Notes under the pieces: generated by a model
Told to the model about the DNA's origin: nothing
What the model saw: the letters and a program-made list of their open reading frames with translations, nothing else
The model's database searches: none
NCBI GenBank assembly: GCA_043228905.1
Contig: JBHGNT010000021.1
Coordinates: 5,890,001-5,954,000 of the forward strand
DNA: 64,000 nucleotides
Direction: 5' to 3'
Source of the DNA: Azolla caroliniana
Taxonomy: Eukaryota; Plantae; Polypodiophyta
Shown: positions 13,838-27,553 of the stretch, piece after piece
Numbering within the stretch: position 1 is the first letter of the stretch
Layout: each line of letters starts with the position of its first letter
Position numbers and translations under genes: made by a program

Positions 13838-16800
13838 ATAATAATAATAATAATAATAATAATAATTTAAACTACACCATAGTTTCCATTACCAATCCAA
13901 TAAGCGTATACAAGATATAATGATACAATCTAGTGGCGGGTTCATGGAGGAAACAACCATCAAGGGGGTACATATTGCCAATCCATTTTGTCATTTCTCT
14001 CACAAAAACGAACAAATCCTTCCACTTGCATTTAAAGGATTGTTGTTTCAGAAAAATCATATCTTCATTACTAGTGAAGGAGTGATATTGACCTTTTAAA
14101 ATTGAGATAAGCATTGACCAAATTTCCTTCACACAATGAATAGGATTTTGCTTTATTTGCTGAAACACATTTTTGCATCGATCTATCCAAATATTCCATA
14201 GAACCACTGATGATATCGTAGCCCATACTGTGGCATCTACATTCAACCGGTTTGAGCTTGAGTATGGTATGTCCTTAACTTGCCTTCCCCTAGTTTGAAG
14301 GGCAAATATTATCTTTTCTCTTTCATAATTATGCTTATCCACATTTACATCCATCCAAAAGACATTTCCCCATGTAATCACATTAGGTCCATATGCAACA
14401 TCAATGAGGTGCAACATACGTTTCCAAACAGAACATGCAGCCATACAGGTCCATAAGGCATGTTTCATTGATTCCAAATGAAGCCCACAAAAAGAGCAAG
14501 TTTTGGTTCTCTCTTCCCTATGCATCCATTCCAAGACTAGAAGTGCATAATGGACACATAACCATCTAAATGTAATGATTTTGCGAGGAATCTATAGAGC
14601 CAACAACCATTTCCAAAATGCCAATACTAAATGCATAAGAATATTATTATTTAACCATACCTTAGTTGCAATCGGCATAACTGGATTCCTCCTTCATTGG
14701 AATTCCCTACCTAATTTTACATAGTAGTCAAAGAAAGAAACCATCTTACCATTAACATCTCTCCACCACCATTCCGTTGGATCCCACTCTAACTCCAATA
14801 AGGGCTTACTACCACAAACCCAAATATCCCAGAAAGGGTTTACTTTTTCAGGATGGGGATCAATAATACATACCTTCCATGTTTTTGCAATCACCCTAAT
14901 AGGTTTCCACTCCACTAAATTTAGAAGGTCATCCTCCATAGAGACCCATTGCAATTTTCCCTCTGAAACTATTATATATGCTAAGAACGATTCATTTGAT
15001 GTGTAAGCTCTTGCTCCCGTACCATACATGGTTTGAATTAAAAGAAGAAGGCAAAATCCTATTACAAGCGTTACTTATCTCTCGGAACATTAACGTACCA
15101 CCTCTTATTGATTTCAAAACTTGTTTCTTAACATCCCTAGAGGATTAATTAAAGTTTAACCAAGTACCAACATTAGCTGCAAATGCCTCATCAACTGCCG
15201 CCCAATTTAATCTGATCCTTCCCAACATATTACCATAATCATCCCTAATCAAGGGGTTCCAGCAAATTGGTTGCCTTTTCCACTCGTCCTCCCATATAGG
15301 ATGTTTATGCACAAGATTAGGCAACAAACATTTCCAAGCTCTTAACAAAGAGTTAAAAAATTTATCCGAAGTGAAAATAGAAGTCAAAGGCATATCCTCT
15401 TGCACAAACCACCACCTCATATTTCGCTTCCAATGTCCACCTCCAAACGGAACCAATTCCTTCATACGTTCATGAAGTAACAACTTCCATGGCTCATTCC
15501 CTAACATCATACTTCTCACAACAAATTTCCCAAATAATGCTCTACATTGAAACATTGGGTCTATCAACCCTAATCCGCTCTCACGAGGAGGAGATATTAT
15601 TACCTTCTACACAACTTTAGATCTTACATTTGCATCATATGCACCTCATAAGAAATTGCGGACAAGCCTTTGTACCTGAGATAGAACAAATATTGAAAAC
15701 AACCAAGATGAGAGGATATACCACATCGAAGACATAAACACTTGATTAGCAATTACAATTCTTCCAGGCAATGATAAATGCCTCGAAGACCAAAATAACA
15801 TATCGTACTTACCTCCCATGTTGAAGCCATTGAAAATCCTGATGGGGCAACCAATGTGCAACTCTATTATTCTTCATTCTTATTCCAATGGACTTATTCC
15901 AATTTATAATAGCACCTAATAGCTCACAAAATTCTTGCACCACGCATTGAACATTACGCAAATTCTATTCCCTCCCATCCACATATAAAGTTGTATCATC
16001 AACAAATTCATTATCAAGCACTTGCTTATTATCTAATCCCTATTGCAACCCTTTAATTCTTAATGCATGATTATTAAAATACACATGAAAAGCCTCAACT
16101 ATTAATAAGTATAGGAAAGGGGCCAATGGACACCCTTGCCTAATTGACGTTGAAATAGAGAAGGGAGCACCAACTTCTCCCGCCACATATACGAAGCTAG
16201 ACACATTCATATACAAGGCTCTTACCGCCACTACCCAAGCCATTGGAAATCCTAGTTGTAACATAACTTCCTCGAGGAAAGACCAATCAACTCTATCGTA
16301 TGCCTTTTCGAAGTCCAATAATAGCACCACTAGGTCAACATCCTTCTCTTTTGCCAAAGTTGTAAGCTCCCAAAACATGAAAATATTATAAAAAATAGAA
16401 CGCTCTTGCATAAAACCCGTTTGCGATTTATGAATAATATCATTTAATAACGGTTGCATACATAAAGCAAGACTCTAGCATAAATCTTATAGGCTGCCAC
16501 TTCTTAATGTCAACTACTACCCCCTCCAATTTAGGAATAAAAAAAATTAACCCTGCATTCCATTGATAAGGCATATCACCCAAAGTAAAAACCTCTTGTA
16601 ACGCTTCTGTTACACTGATTCTAATGTGATCCCAATAGCAAGGAAAAAAATCAGGAGGAAAACCATCAATGCCAGGACATACATTCTTACCTAAGGTCTT
16701 AATTGTAGCATACACCTCATGAACATTAAAAGGTTTAACTAATTCATTAACCATAGAAAGATTAACTTTCTTCTTCATAACACACCATAATGTAGATCTT

Positions 16801-17627
16801 AAGGCCAATTGCTCATGCGTAAATGATTGCCTAGTTAGCAAAGATTTATAAAAGTATGAGGCAATTCTCCTCATCTCAACATCATTCGATGTTAATGATC
16901 CATCATCTCTCTCTAATTGCCTCATTACATTCTTAGTATGACCAATTTTATTTACATGAAAAAAATCAGCATTAACCTTATTTGCAAGATGAGACCATTT
17001 CGCCGAGGATGCACGAAATTTGTGTTGAGCTATAACATCCTCAAATTGTTGCATCTCAGCATGTGTTCGATGCAATTAAGCTCCAACCCACATAGCTCGT
17101 GGGTTCTTCTCTTGTAGTTTTTGAAGAGCAACAATCGTCCACCTAGAAGCTAGCATCTTTTGTTTGGTCTAGTGTAATTGCAACAACTCTTTATCCTTAA
17201 AAAATTCAGCAATTAAATACAAAGCCTTTTGTACCTTAGAAACTATAGATAGTTGAGTCCCCATCTCATAATTCCATATACCCAAAACTTCTTCTAAAAA
17301 TATCATTCGAAAAGAAGGATATATTAGGAATTTTCGTGGAAAACCTTTTATGTTTTTAAATGCTAAACAACTTCAAAATCACCGGAGCATGGTAAGAAAA
17401 TAGAGAACCCCCAATAATCCCAACTTCTCCTCCAATATCATTAAAATAATCATCTACATATATATCCTATCTAGCCGAGATAGATTAACTCCTAATTGAC
17501 ACCTATCGGATCTAGAAAACTATAATGAGCCACTAAGTCTATGAAATGAGGGGAGGTGCCAAGCATCTTGTATCCTCAACATGAAGCATAACCTCTCCCA
17601 CGACACCAATTCACAACTTGTAAGAAT
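13838..17627 (-). mobile_element. Decayed L1-type LINE, 3' part of ORF2 (C-terminal APE endonuclease, RT, zf-RVT)
   Basis: Fragments SRLDRIY, CPGIDGFP, LLLDFEKAYDRVDW, IRQGCPLAP, CSFCGLHLESMKHALWTC with many stops and frameshifts; (TTA)n tract at the 3' end. Confidence 0.9.
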
Positions 17628-17833
17628 TGACGAGAATATGCGGAATAATCTTTGGCCACAACTGAGACTTAGATCACTTGATGATAATCAAACACAGAAA
17701 GCAGAATGAGAAATGGAAGTAAATACACAAACAGAAGAGAATGCACAAGATGTTAACGTTGTCGCGTTGTTACGCGCATGCGTGGAGAACAAGGCGGGAC
17801 CACTGGGGTCTTGGACTGAGGAATAGGTGAGGA

Positions 17834-17895
<62 letters not shown>

Positions 17896-18540
17896 GAGAG
17901 ACGCTCACTCACGTATAGACAAAGAAGCGCACGGGGACGCGGCACAACAACACAGGAGACGCGAGTTGAGAACACTAGAGTATGTATGTAGACGACTCGA
18001 ACGGTTACAGCCGATCAGGTCGGCGAGGTGGATGCCGACGCCTGATCACCCACGCACACAGGAGAGCAAGATGGAGATTCTGCCGGAAGCACACGGGCGT
18101 TCCACGGAGCAGAATCAACCTCCTGAGAACCTGCGCAAAAGAAAGCTATGGAGAACGACAGAGAAGAAGAGCTCGGTCCCAGTTCGACAACACTTCGTTC
18201 CTTCTAGCGCGCGATATCTTCTCTCCCCCGTCTCCCTCTCTTTTATAGCTCAAGGAGGGAGGGCGTTTCACCCGTTTACATCACATTAATTCTCTGTCCT
18301 TTCGGACAGAGATACTCCTCGATTTCCCTTATAGAATATTGCTACCTAGGATTTAACCTTTGTGCCTACCTATCTACTATACGACAAGGGACGTGCCCAC
18401 GTGTAAGGGCCGGTTCATACACACTATACACGGTTTGTGCCTGGGGACGGTTTTCTTCACAACATCCGCCCCCACCTAACCGCGCATCCACCGGTATGCG
18501 CCAAAACTGGGTTCCTATGGGAGAAAACCGATCCTTGCTT

Positions 18541-19683
18541 TTATTCCTCGTTTACCGGTTCATCCTCCGACTCGGGCTGCTCGTCGTCGCTGTCCATGCC
18601 CCCTAGCCCCGGCTCCCCGTCGTGCCGTTTCTTGAATGCTTTGATCGTCTTCCCCGCTACCGGTATCGCCATTCTCGTACCGTCGAGCTCCGCGAGATGG
18701 TACGTCCCATTGCCGTTGGCGCCTGTTACTACGTAAGGCCTGAACCACCTCCTTGCAAACTTCCGCGTGGCCCTGTGCTGATTGTCGAGGCTGCTGTCGT
18801 AGACTAGCACCCAGTCGCCTTCCTCGATCTTCCTTGGCCTGGCTCGGTGTGTTCGGTCAAACCGGGCTTTGTTCCTTATCCTCGCTACTCGAAGTTTCTC
18901 CGCGGCTCGCTCTACGTCCTCCGGCCTCCGCTCGAGCTGTTGAATCCGCGCCGCCAGCAGTTCCTTTTGGCTCATCTCATCCCTCCAGTTTACCGTGGCC
19001 CACGAGGAGATCGTTCGCTCTGTTGGCATGATCGGCTTCTGTCCGAACATAAGCTCGACCGGCATGAACCCGGTTACTGAACTGTGCGTAGTCCGGTCCA
19101 CCCAGAAGGCATAAGGTAGCAGCCGTGGCCAGTCCCCGACTCGGCCTCCGCACGCCCGTACTAGCGCTTTGACAATTGGCCCGTGTCCGTGCTCCACCTT
19201 CCCGTTCGCCTCCGGATTGTACGCTGTGGTGAGAGAAAGTTTGACTCCTAGCCGGTCGAACAGCTCTTCGGCCTCTTCCGCGTCCAACTCACCACGGTCA
19301 GCCACGATCTTCCCTATGCACCCGTATCGGCATACTACGTCCTCAATAAAAAACCGGCACACGGCTGCCGTCGTCTTGTTTTGCAGGGCTCGGCCTTCAA
19401 CCTGGTTCGTTAGATCTTCCCGAGCCAGCGCCAGATACCGCATCTGTCCTACCCCCATTGGCATCGTCACCAAATCCACCATCCACTTGAAGTGGACAGT
19501 CGGAGGGTAGGTCGGGTGAAGCTCGTCCCGATGTCGGATCATGGAGTGCTCCTGACAGCTTTCGCAAGTCGTCATGAACTGATGCACGTCCCGGTATAGT
19601 CCCGACCACCAATACTTCCCCTTTAGCTTTTCGAACGTGGCCCACGTTCCATGGTGTCCAGCCCACGGGCTATCGTGGTACGC
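18541..19683 (-). CDS. Gypsy A integrase (zinc-binding region, DDE core, GPY/F module; no chromodomain)
   Basis: CESCQEH, WMVDLV, IVADRGE, YNPEANGKVE, RRWFRPYVV. Continues in frame with 40253+ across the Gypsy B insertion (EDLLAA-YHDSPW). Confidence 0.88.
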   Translation of the reverse strand, partial: AYHDSPWAGHHGTWATFEKLKGKYWWSGLYRDVHQFMTTCESCQEHSMIRHRDELHPTYPPTVHFKWMVDLVTMPMGVGQMRYLALAREDLTNQVEGRALQNKTTAAVCRFFIEDVVCRYGCIGKIVADRGELDAEEAEELFDRLGVKLSLTTAYNPEANGKVEHGHGPIVKALVRACGGRVGDWPRLLPYAFWVDRTTHSSVTGFMPVELMFGQKPIMPTERTISSWATVNWRDEMSQKELLAARIQQLERRPEDVERAAEKLRVARIRNKARFDRTHRARPRKIEEGDWVLVYDSSLDNQHRATRKFARRWFRPYVVTGANGNGTYHLAELDGTRMAIPVAGKTIKAFKKRHDGEPGLGGMDSDDEQPESEDEPVNEE

Positions 19684-22600
19684 TGTCGTGAAGATCCGTC
19701 ACTACGCGCGGATCGTGAGGCGGAACCGCCGGGGTTCTGGACCAAAAGGATTTAGAGTCGATACAAGCTTTGGCGAGAAAGTACTTAAGATAGATTGGGA
19801 AAGAGAGAAGTTGAGATTACACGATTGAGAGAGATTGATTGAACTTTTAACTTTAGATTTAAGAAACAAGTTACACGATCAATTTGATAACGAATTTCTT
19901 CGTCTTAATTTTCATAAAAAAAACCGTGTTTTTTCTCCTCCCCCTTCCCTCTTTTATAGATGCTCTCATGCATATGATGCATGTGAGGGTACAAGACATG
20001 CATAAATTGCATGTTTGCCATTTGGCGCTTATGTATTACATGTGGTGCATGATAACCATGTCACTCATTTTAGTTCTCATGTATGAGAATTTACATGTAA
20101 AAGTACAATGATAGAAATATAATTTCAACTAAATAGCATGGTTTAATGGTAAGCCAATTGACTCCTAACTTGGAGGTGCAAGGTTTGAATCCTTACTTGC
20201 CCTCCTTGTATATGTAAATATGTATATATATTTATATATTTATTTATCTAGTCGCCGGACGCCGGTTCGCCGGATACTGTCGGTTACCGGTGCCTCGCCA
20301 GATGCCGTCGCGAGATGCCGTCGGATCACCGGCTCCATCGTCGGTCCGGTTTTGGTTGGCCAAAACCCTTTATGAGTAGCTAGCCCACCTCCACTCTTAG
20401 TTCAAGTTACCTTGAACTCTCTATTCTCCACACATAGACACAAAGATAATATCTTTTGCTCCACCTTATATATGATGAGAGCTGTATTTGTCGTGCCTAT
20501 GTGGGATATCTCACAATTTTCTCCTTTCCTTTTACAAACTTTATACCCTCATATCTTGACATTTAGTTGTCCGTTTCTCGTGTAATAAAGTGCATTCGAA
20601 ACGTCCATCCTTTTGTACTTAGATAAAAAATGTTATCTTCACAATTATTGTATTATGTGATTCATACTCGATTTCGTACGTTTTATGGGATTTTCACACT
20701 ATTGCCGAAAATCTTCACGACATCCACCCCCACCAAACCGCGCGTCCTTCGGTACGTGCCAAGAAGAGAAGAAGTGAGATTTCGGCTACGATGATCAATT
20801 AGATTCCTCCATGTCTTCATTTTTATCCGGCCTATTATGTTCATCGTCGAGGTAATCGAGGTCAGGATCCTTGTCTTGTCTTTTCTTGAAAAGCTTTACT
20901 CTTTTTCCCGCAATGGGTACGACCAACCTTGATCCGTCTAGTTCCACAAGGTGGTATGTGGCATTATCGTTGGCACTTGTCACCACATACGGCCCGAACC
21001 ATCTTCTTGCGAACTTCCTTGTTGTACTGTGTTGATTGTCAAGGGTGCTGTCGTAAACCAAAACCCAATCCCCTTCTTCAATCTTCTTGGGACGAAGTCG
21101 ATGTGTGTTGTCGAACCGAACTTTGTTCTTTACTCGGGTTGCCTTCATCATCTTTCGCGCTTTTTCTAAATCTTCAGGTCTTCTTTCAAGTTGCCTTATC
21201 CGCGCCACTAATAACTCTTCTCGGCTCATCTCGTTCTCCCACGGTATTGCTACCCATGAGGCGATCGTCCTTTCGATGGGCATAATCGGCTTTTGTCCAT
21301 ATATAAGCTCCGTCGGCATATACCCTGTCACCGAGCTATGTGTCGTTCTATCGGCCCACAAGGCATAGGGTAATAGTCGTGGCCAATTCCCGACTCGACT
21401 GTTGCATGCCCGTACGATGGCTTTAATGATAGGTCCATGCACTCGCTCGATCTTCCCATTTGCTTCCGGATTGTAGGCAGTCGTGAGGGAGAGCTTCACG
21501 CCTAGTCTTTCGAAGAGCTCCGTCGCTTCGTGCGCGTCCAACTCCCCTCGGTCGGCCACTATCTTCCCTACACATCCATATCGGCAAACAACATCTTCAA
21601 GTAAAAATTTACAAACGGCTGAAGTCGTCTTATTTGTCAAGGCTCGTCCTTCCACTTGATTTGTCAAGTCTTCCCTTGCCAGCGCTAAGTACTTCATTTG
21701 TCCCACTCCCATTGGCATGGAGACCAGATCCACCATCCATTTGAAGTGAATGGTGAGTGGGTATGTCGGCTTTAATTCATCACGATGACGTATATTTGAG
21801 TATATTTGGCAAGTTTCACATGTGGACACGAAATGGAGTACATCTTTGTACATGCTTGGCCACCAGTACTTCTCCTTCAATTTTTCAAACGTCGCCCATG
21901 TTCCTCTATGACCTGCCCAAGCACTCTTGTGGAATTCGATCATCAGCGTCTCTTGCTCTTCTTTCTTTACCACCACTCGACGTGGTATTCCTGTCCTTCT
22001 TTTTGGATGTCGCCAAATGAATCCTCCCTTCAAGAAGTATCGGTAAGCTTTCTTTCGGATTCGTAGGGCCTCCTCCTTTGTCAACGAAGCATCTGTCGTC
22101 AATGTTCTTAGGAATCTACCGATGAGTAACCATTCTCCTTCGTACTCGTTCTCGTTGAAGGTGTGGAGGGTTTGCGTGTCCTGGTCTTCCGCCGACAATC
22201 GAGCCATCTTGAAGAAGTTGAGGGCGACATCTTCATCTTCCGAAACCATGTTACTTCCATTTGAAAATCTTGCCCTTGACAGCATGTCAGCCATGGCGTT
22301 CTTCTTCCCTGCGATGTGACGGATCTCTGGGTTTAAAGACTTGATGTAGGCGATCCACCTTAGCATAGCAAGATCTGGGGTCGCACATCCCGAGACCATT
22401 CCGAGAATTGGGAGACAATCTGTCTCTATTATCACTCTGACCCGATCAGGTAATCTTTGTCCGTCTTCACTACCGACACAATACCCCAAAGTTTCCGCTT
22501 GACTTGGGCATATCTTTGTTGCCGTTCGTTGAGAACCTTTGCTCCGAACCGGACAGCATATCGCGCATTATCTTCACCTTCTTGATTGATGACCCACCCG

Positions 22601-24049
22601 ATTTCGGTTGGGCTCGTATCTACGGTTACGTAAATTGGTTTCCCTTCGGCATAATCGGCCTTCCTTAGTGCCGGAGCTTCAAGAAGCAGTTTCTTTAATC
22701 TTCGCATCGGCTCTATGTGCTTGTCTCGCCATTCGAACTTTATTCTTTTCTTTAGTAGTCCATATAACGGTTCGGCAACATGAGCGTAGTGAGGAATCCA
22801 TATATGATAAAACGCGCACGATCCAAGGAACCTTCGAACCTCCGTTTGGTTTTCGCATTCTTCTTTCATGTCTTGGATTGCGTTCACTTTGGATGGCGAG
22901 GGCTTCCGGCCGTATGCTCCACACAAGTGACCTACCACCAAGATCTCCGGTTGCCTGAATGCGGATTTTTCTCCCGAAAATGTCAAATTCGCATCTTCGA
23001 GCCTTTAAAGCACCTTCTCGCAATCTTTCATATGATCCGCAACGAACTTTCTACAACCTTCCTTATCTTTCGATTCATCTTTCTCCTCACCCAAACATCC
23101 TTTTATCGGAATATCATCCAAGAATGGCATCGTGATGTCCGGAATGCAATCCTTCAAGACTTTATTCATGGCATTCAGCATATGAGCCACCGAGTTCGTT
23201 GCGCCTTGGGGTAAGGTACACATCCGCACAAGCCCGATCAGAGTCCTCATGGTTGTAATGTCCCGACTGTCGATCGCCAATTGGAATTGGTCATATCCGG
23301 AGTAGAGATCGCCAATGGAGTAGATGGACCGGTGTCGAGGTATTCCTCGCGGATGCGTGGAATGAGGCGGGGCCTCGGGGGTCTTGTACCAAAGAGCAAG
23401 AGACAAAGGAGAAGGGAAGGGACCCACTACGTGTGGGCATAGATTCACAGGGACACGGCCCTTCGACACAAAGACGTGAGTGGGACACCGACGCAGAGAG
23501 ACACGAATGTATGTATATATATATTAACAAGGACAAACAACAAGAAGCCCGAAGTCGGTTACAACCGAACAGGCCGGCGAACAGATGTCGATGCCTGTTC
23601 GTAAACGCTCAGAAAGAAAGGAGTAGGTTGGAGGTGCTGCCGGAAGCACTCGGGCATTCCTCAGAGCAGCGCGAGCCTCCCGAAAACCTGCACAGGAAGA
23701 AGCTACGGAGTATGGAAGAGAGAGAAGCCTCCGGCCGACAACCCGACAGCACTTCGTCCTCTCTAACCGCGATCCCCTCCTCCTCCTCGTCTCCCCCCTT
23801 TTATAGGCAAGAAAGGAGCCGTTTCCCATTAACTTCCTTCCTACCGAATCTACCTACCTAGGATCTTCTATGTACCTAATTCTCTCTTATGTACAACATA
23901 AGGAGCACGTGCATGAAGAGCCGGTTCCTACGCTCCGGTGCACCGATTCCGCTTGTGGACGGTTTTCTTCACGACATCCGCCCCCACCTAACAGCGCATC
24001 CACCGGCATGCGCCAAATTGAGTTGGGACGGAGAAAACCGGTCCAGCCT

Positions 24050-27000
24050 TCATTCCCCGCCTGTCGGTTCTTCCTCGGTTTCGGATCGTTCGTCGTCCCG
24101 GTCCAGGTTAAGCGGATCCGGCTCGTCGTCGTGACGCTTCTTGAACGCTTTGATCCGCTTCCCAGCTACCGGTATCGCCATTCTCGTGCCGTCGAGTTCC
24201 GCCAGATGGTACGTCCCGTTGTCGTTGGTGCTTTGTACCACGTAAGGCCCGAACCACCTTCTTGCGAACTTCCGTGTCGCTCAGTGCTGGTTGTCGAGGC
24301 TGTTGTCGTAGACTAGCACCCAGTCGCCTTCCTCGATCTTCTTCGGTCGGAGCCGGTGCGTTCGGTTGAACCGAGCTTTGTTCCTCATCCTTGCTTCCCG
24401 AGGCTTTCCCGCAGCCTGCTCCACGACCTCCGGCCTTCGCTCAAGCTGATGTATGCGCGCCGCCAATAGTTCCTCCCGGCTCATCTCGTCTCTCCAGTCC
24501 ACGGTTGCCCATGAGAAGATCGTACGTTCCATCGGCATGATCGGCTTCTGCCCAAACATGAGCTCTGCCGGCATGAATCCGGTTACCGAACTGTGCGTAG
24601 TTCGGTCAGCCCACAACGCGTAAGGCAGTAGCTGCGGCCAATTCCCGACTTGACCTCCGCATGCCCGAACTAATGCCTTGACGATCGGTCCGTGTCCGCG
24701 CTCCACCTTTCCATTCGCCTCCGGATTGTACGCAGTGGTAAGCGAGAGCTTGACTCTTAGCCGGTCGAACAGCTCCTCGGCCTCTTCGGCGTCCAACTCC
24801 CAGCGATCAGCCACGATCTTCCCGACGCACCCGTACCGGCATATCACGTCCTCGATCAGGAACCGACATACGGCTGCGGTCGTTTTGTTCTGAAGGGCCC
24901 GGCCTTCCACATGGTTCGTCAGATCTTCCCGAGCCAAGACCAGATACCGCATCTGTCCTACTGCCATCCGCATCGTCACTAGGTCTACCATCCATTTGAA
25001 GTGGATGGTCGGAGGGTACGTAGGGTGAAGCCCGTCCCGATGTCGGACTATGGAGTGCATCTGACAGCTCTCGCAAGTTGTCACGAACCGATGCACGTCC
25101 CGGTACAGTCCCGGCCACCAGTACTTCCCCTTTATCTTCTCGAACGTGGCCCACGTTCCTCGGTGTCCAGCCCAAGGGCTGTCGTGGTAGGCCGTCAGCA
25201 GCTCCTCCTGTTCTTCCTTCATCGCCACCACCCAGAGCGGGACGCCGTTCCTCTTCTTCGGGTGCTTCCATAAGTATCTGTCCCGGAGAAGGAATCGGTA
25301 TGCTTTCTTCCGGATCCGGTTGGCCTCATCTCTCGTCCATGACGCATCTGGCGTCATTGTCCTCAAGAAACCACCGATCTGCAGCCACTCGCCGTCGTAC
25401 TTGCTCTCGTCGAAGCCGTTAAGTGCCGGAGTGCTCATCCCATCGGTCGTCACGTACGCCGCCTCAAAGAAGTCCACGCCGACTTCTTCGTCCTCCGAAA
25501 CCATGCTGCCCTCGTCATCAAACCTCGCCCTTGAAAGCATGTCGGCCATGACGTTGTCCTTTCCGGAAATGTGCCGTATTTCCGGGTCCAGGGACTTGAT
25601 GTACGCTATCCACCTGAGCATCGCCAGGTCCGGTGTCGCGCATCCAGAAACCATGCCGAGAATTGGCAGGCAATCCGTCTCGATAATCACTTCTGTCCCG
25701 ATCAGGTAGTCTTTGTCGGCCTTTACTGCCGAAACGATACCCAAGAGTTCGCGTTTAACCTGGGCGTACCCTCGCTGTCGCTCACTGAGGACCTTCGCGC
25801 CGAATCGGATCGGGAACCGAATGCCGTCCTCGTCTTCTTGGTTGATGACCCATCCGATCCCGGACGGACTCGTATCCACCGTTACGTATACCGGGGTACC
25901 CTTCTCGTAGACAGCCTTCCGGAGTGCCGGTGCTGCCGCCAGAGCTTCCTTCAGCTTCCAGACTGACTCTGTGTGCTCGTCTCACCACTCGAATTTTCGC
26001 CCTTTCTTTAGCAACCCGTATAGCGGCTCCGCAACGTGGGCGTAATGCGGGATCCATATGTGGTAGAATGCGCATGCCCCCAGGAACCTCCGAACTTCCG
26101 TAACCGAGCTACAGTCAGTCTTCATCGCGGAGATGGCTTCTACCTTTGCCGGAGACGGCTTCCGGCCATATGGTCCACATAGGTGTCCGACCACCAGGAT
26201 TTCTGATTGCCCGAAGGCCGATTTCTCCCCGGAGAAGGTGAGCCTCACATCCTCTAGCCTTTGTAGCACCTTCTAGCAGTCGTCGATGTGTGTTGCCACG
26301 AATCGCCGGCATCCGTCCGGTCTGAGTGTTGCGTCCTTCTCTTCCACCAGGCACCCCTTGATCGGGATGTCGTCTAGAAATGGCATGGGGATGTCCGGGA
26401 TGCAATCCCTCAGTACCTTGTTCATTGCATTCACCATGTGGGCCACCGAGTTGGTCCCTCCTTGTGGCAGGGTACACATTCGCACTAGGCCGAGGGGAGT
26501 TCGCATTGTCGTAATGTCTCTGCTCTCCACGGCTAGCTGGAACTGGTCGTACCCCGAGTACAGATCACCGACCGAGTAAATCGACCTTCCATCGAAGGCC
26601 TCCGCGAACTCGTCTATGGTCGGTTCGATTCCTGCGTTCCGAATGGTCACTCTGTTGACCGGCTGTAGGTCTTGAATGAAGCGCAATGTTCCGTTTTTCT
26701 TTGGTACGGTAAACCATCGGTTCGAGTATGGGGCACTCGACGGTTCGAGAATGCCCATATCGACTTTTTGCCTCAATAGCTCCATCAACTTCGGGATGTG
26801 AGCTCTCGGTACTGGAATCGGCTTGAGATTCCACGGCACATGCGGTACCGTGAATATCACCATCGGTTCCACGATTGTCGGGTCTGCGCACCCGATCTCT
26901 TCCGGTGAGAATGCGAAGGCTTTCCCGTGCCTTTCGAGCATTCTCCGAAACTGGTCTTCCTCTGCCGGCAGTAAGAACCCGCCCCCACCTATTTTGAGCT

Positions 27001-27553
27001 CCCGGAGCGTCCCGTCGGTGAAGGTGTGTCCTATGCAGACCGGATCTCGTAAGCTGGGGTCCGACGCAACCCCTCTGATTCGGGACTCGCTGCCCTCCGG
27101 TAAGGGTGCCGCGACTGGCCTTACCTTCCGGTCCACAGTCTTGTACTTCGTGCTAACTCGGGCCGTCCGATCCGACCGGAGCTCCTGACTGAAGTTCGCG
27201 ATGACTTCGTACATCTCTTCGGAACATACCGGTATCGTCCGGTCTTCGTTAAGGTCTTCTCCGACTACCTTCCTCAGCATCCCCAAGGTGTCGTCGAAGG
27301 AGACCGCCTCCACGGCCCCGCTGATTTCCTCGTCCAGGCCGAGAACTCCGCACGCTCGAAGTCGCTCCTCCGCCCTTGCCCTTTCTCGGCCAACGATGCC
27401 GACTATCATACACCCTCCGTTGTTGGAGAAGAAGAATTTTCTACCTATCGTACAAGGTTTCTTCGGTTTCGGTTCTATCATACAGCTGTGGGGTCTTTCC
27501 CGAGTGTCCGAACTGTCTTGGCCCCACGCCTTGGCAGCCCTCTCTAAAAATCC
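24050..27553 (-). pseudogene. Gypsy C pol (RT-RNase H-IN), interrupted by in-frame stops
   Basis: DLYSGYDQF, LPQGGTNS, PFLDD, VDTSPSGIG, IETDCLP and IN motifs spread over ORFs 27481-26273, 26269-25982, 25879-24281 and 24241-24050. Confidence 0.88.

Noticed and set aside
20133-20203. Bona fide tRNA gene in the Gypsy B LTR
   Set aside because: Acceptor and anticodon stems do not form; reported only as a tRNA-like module.
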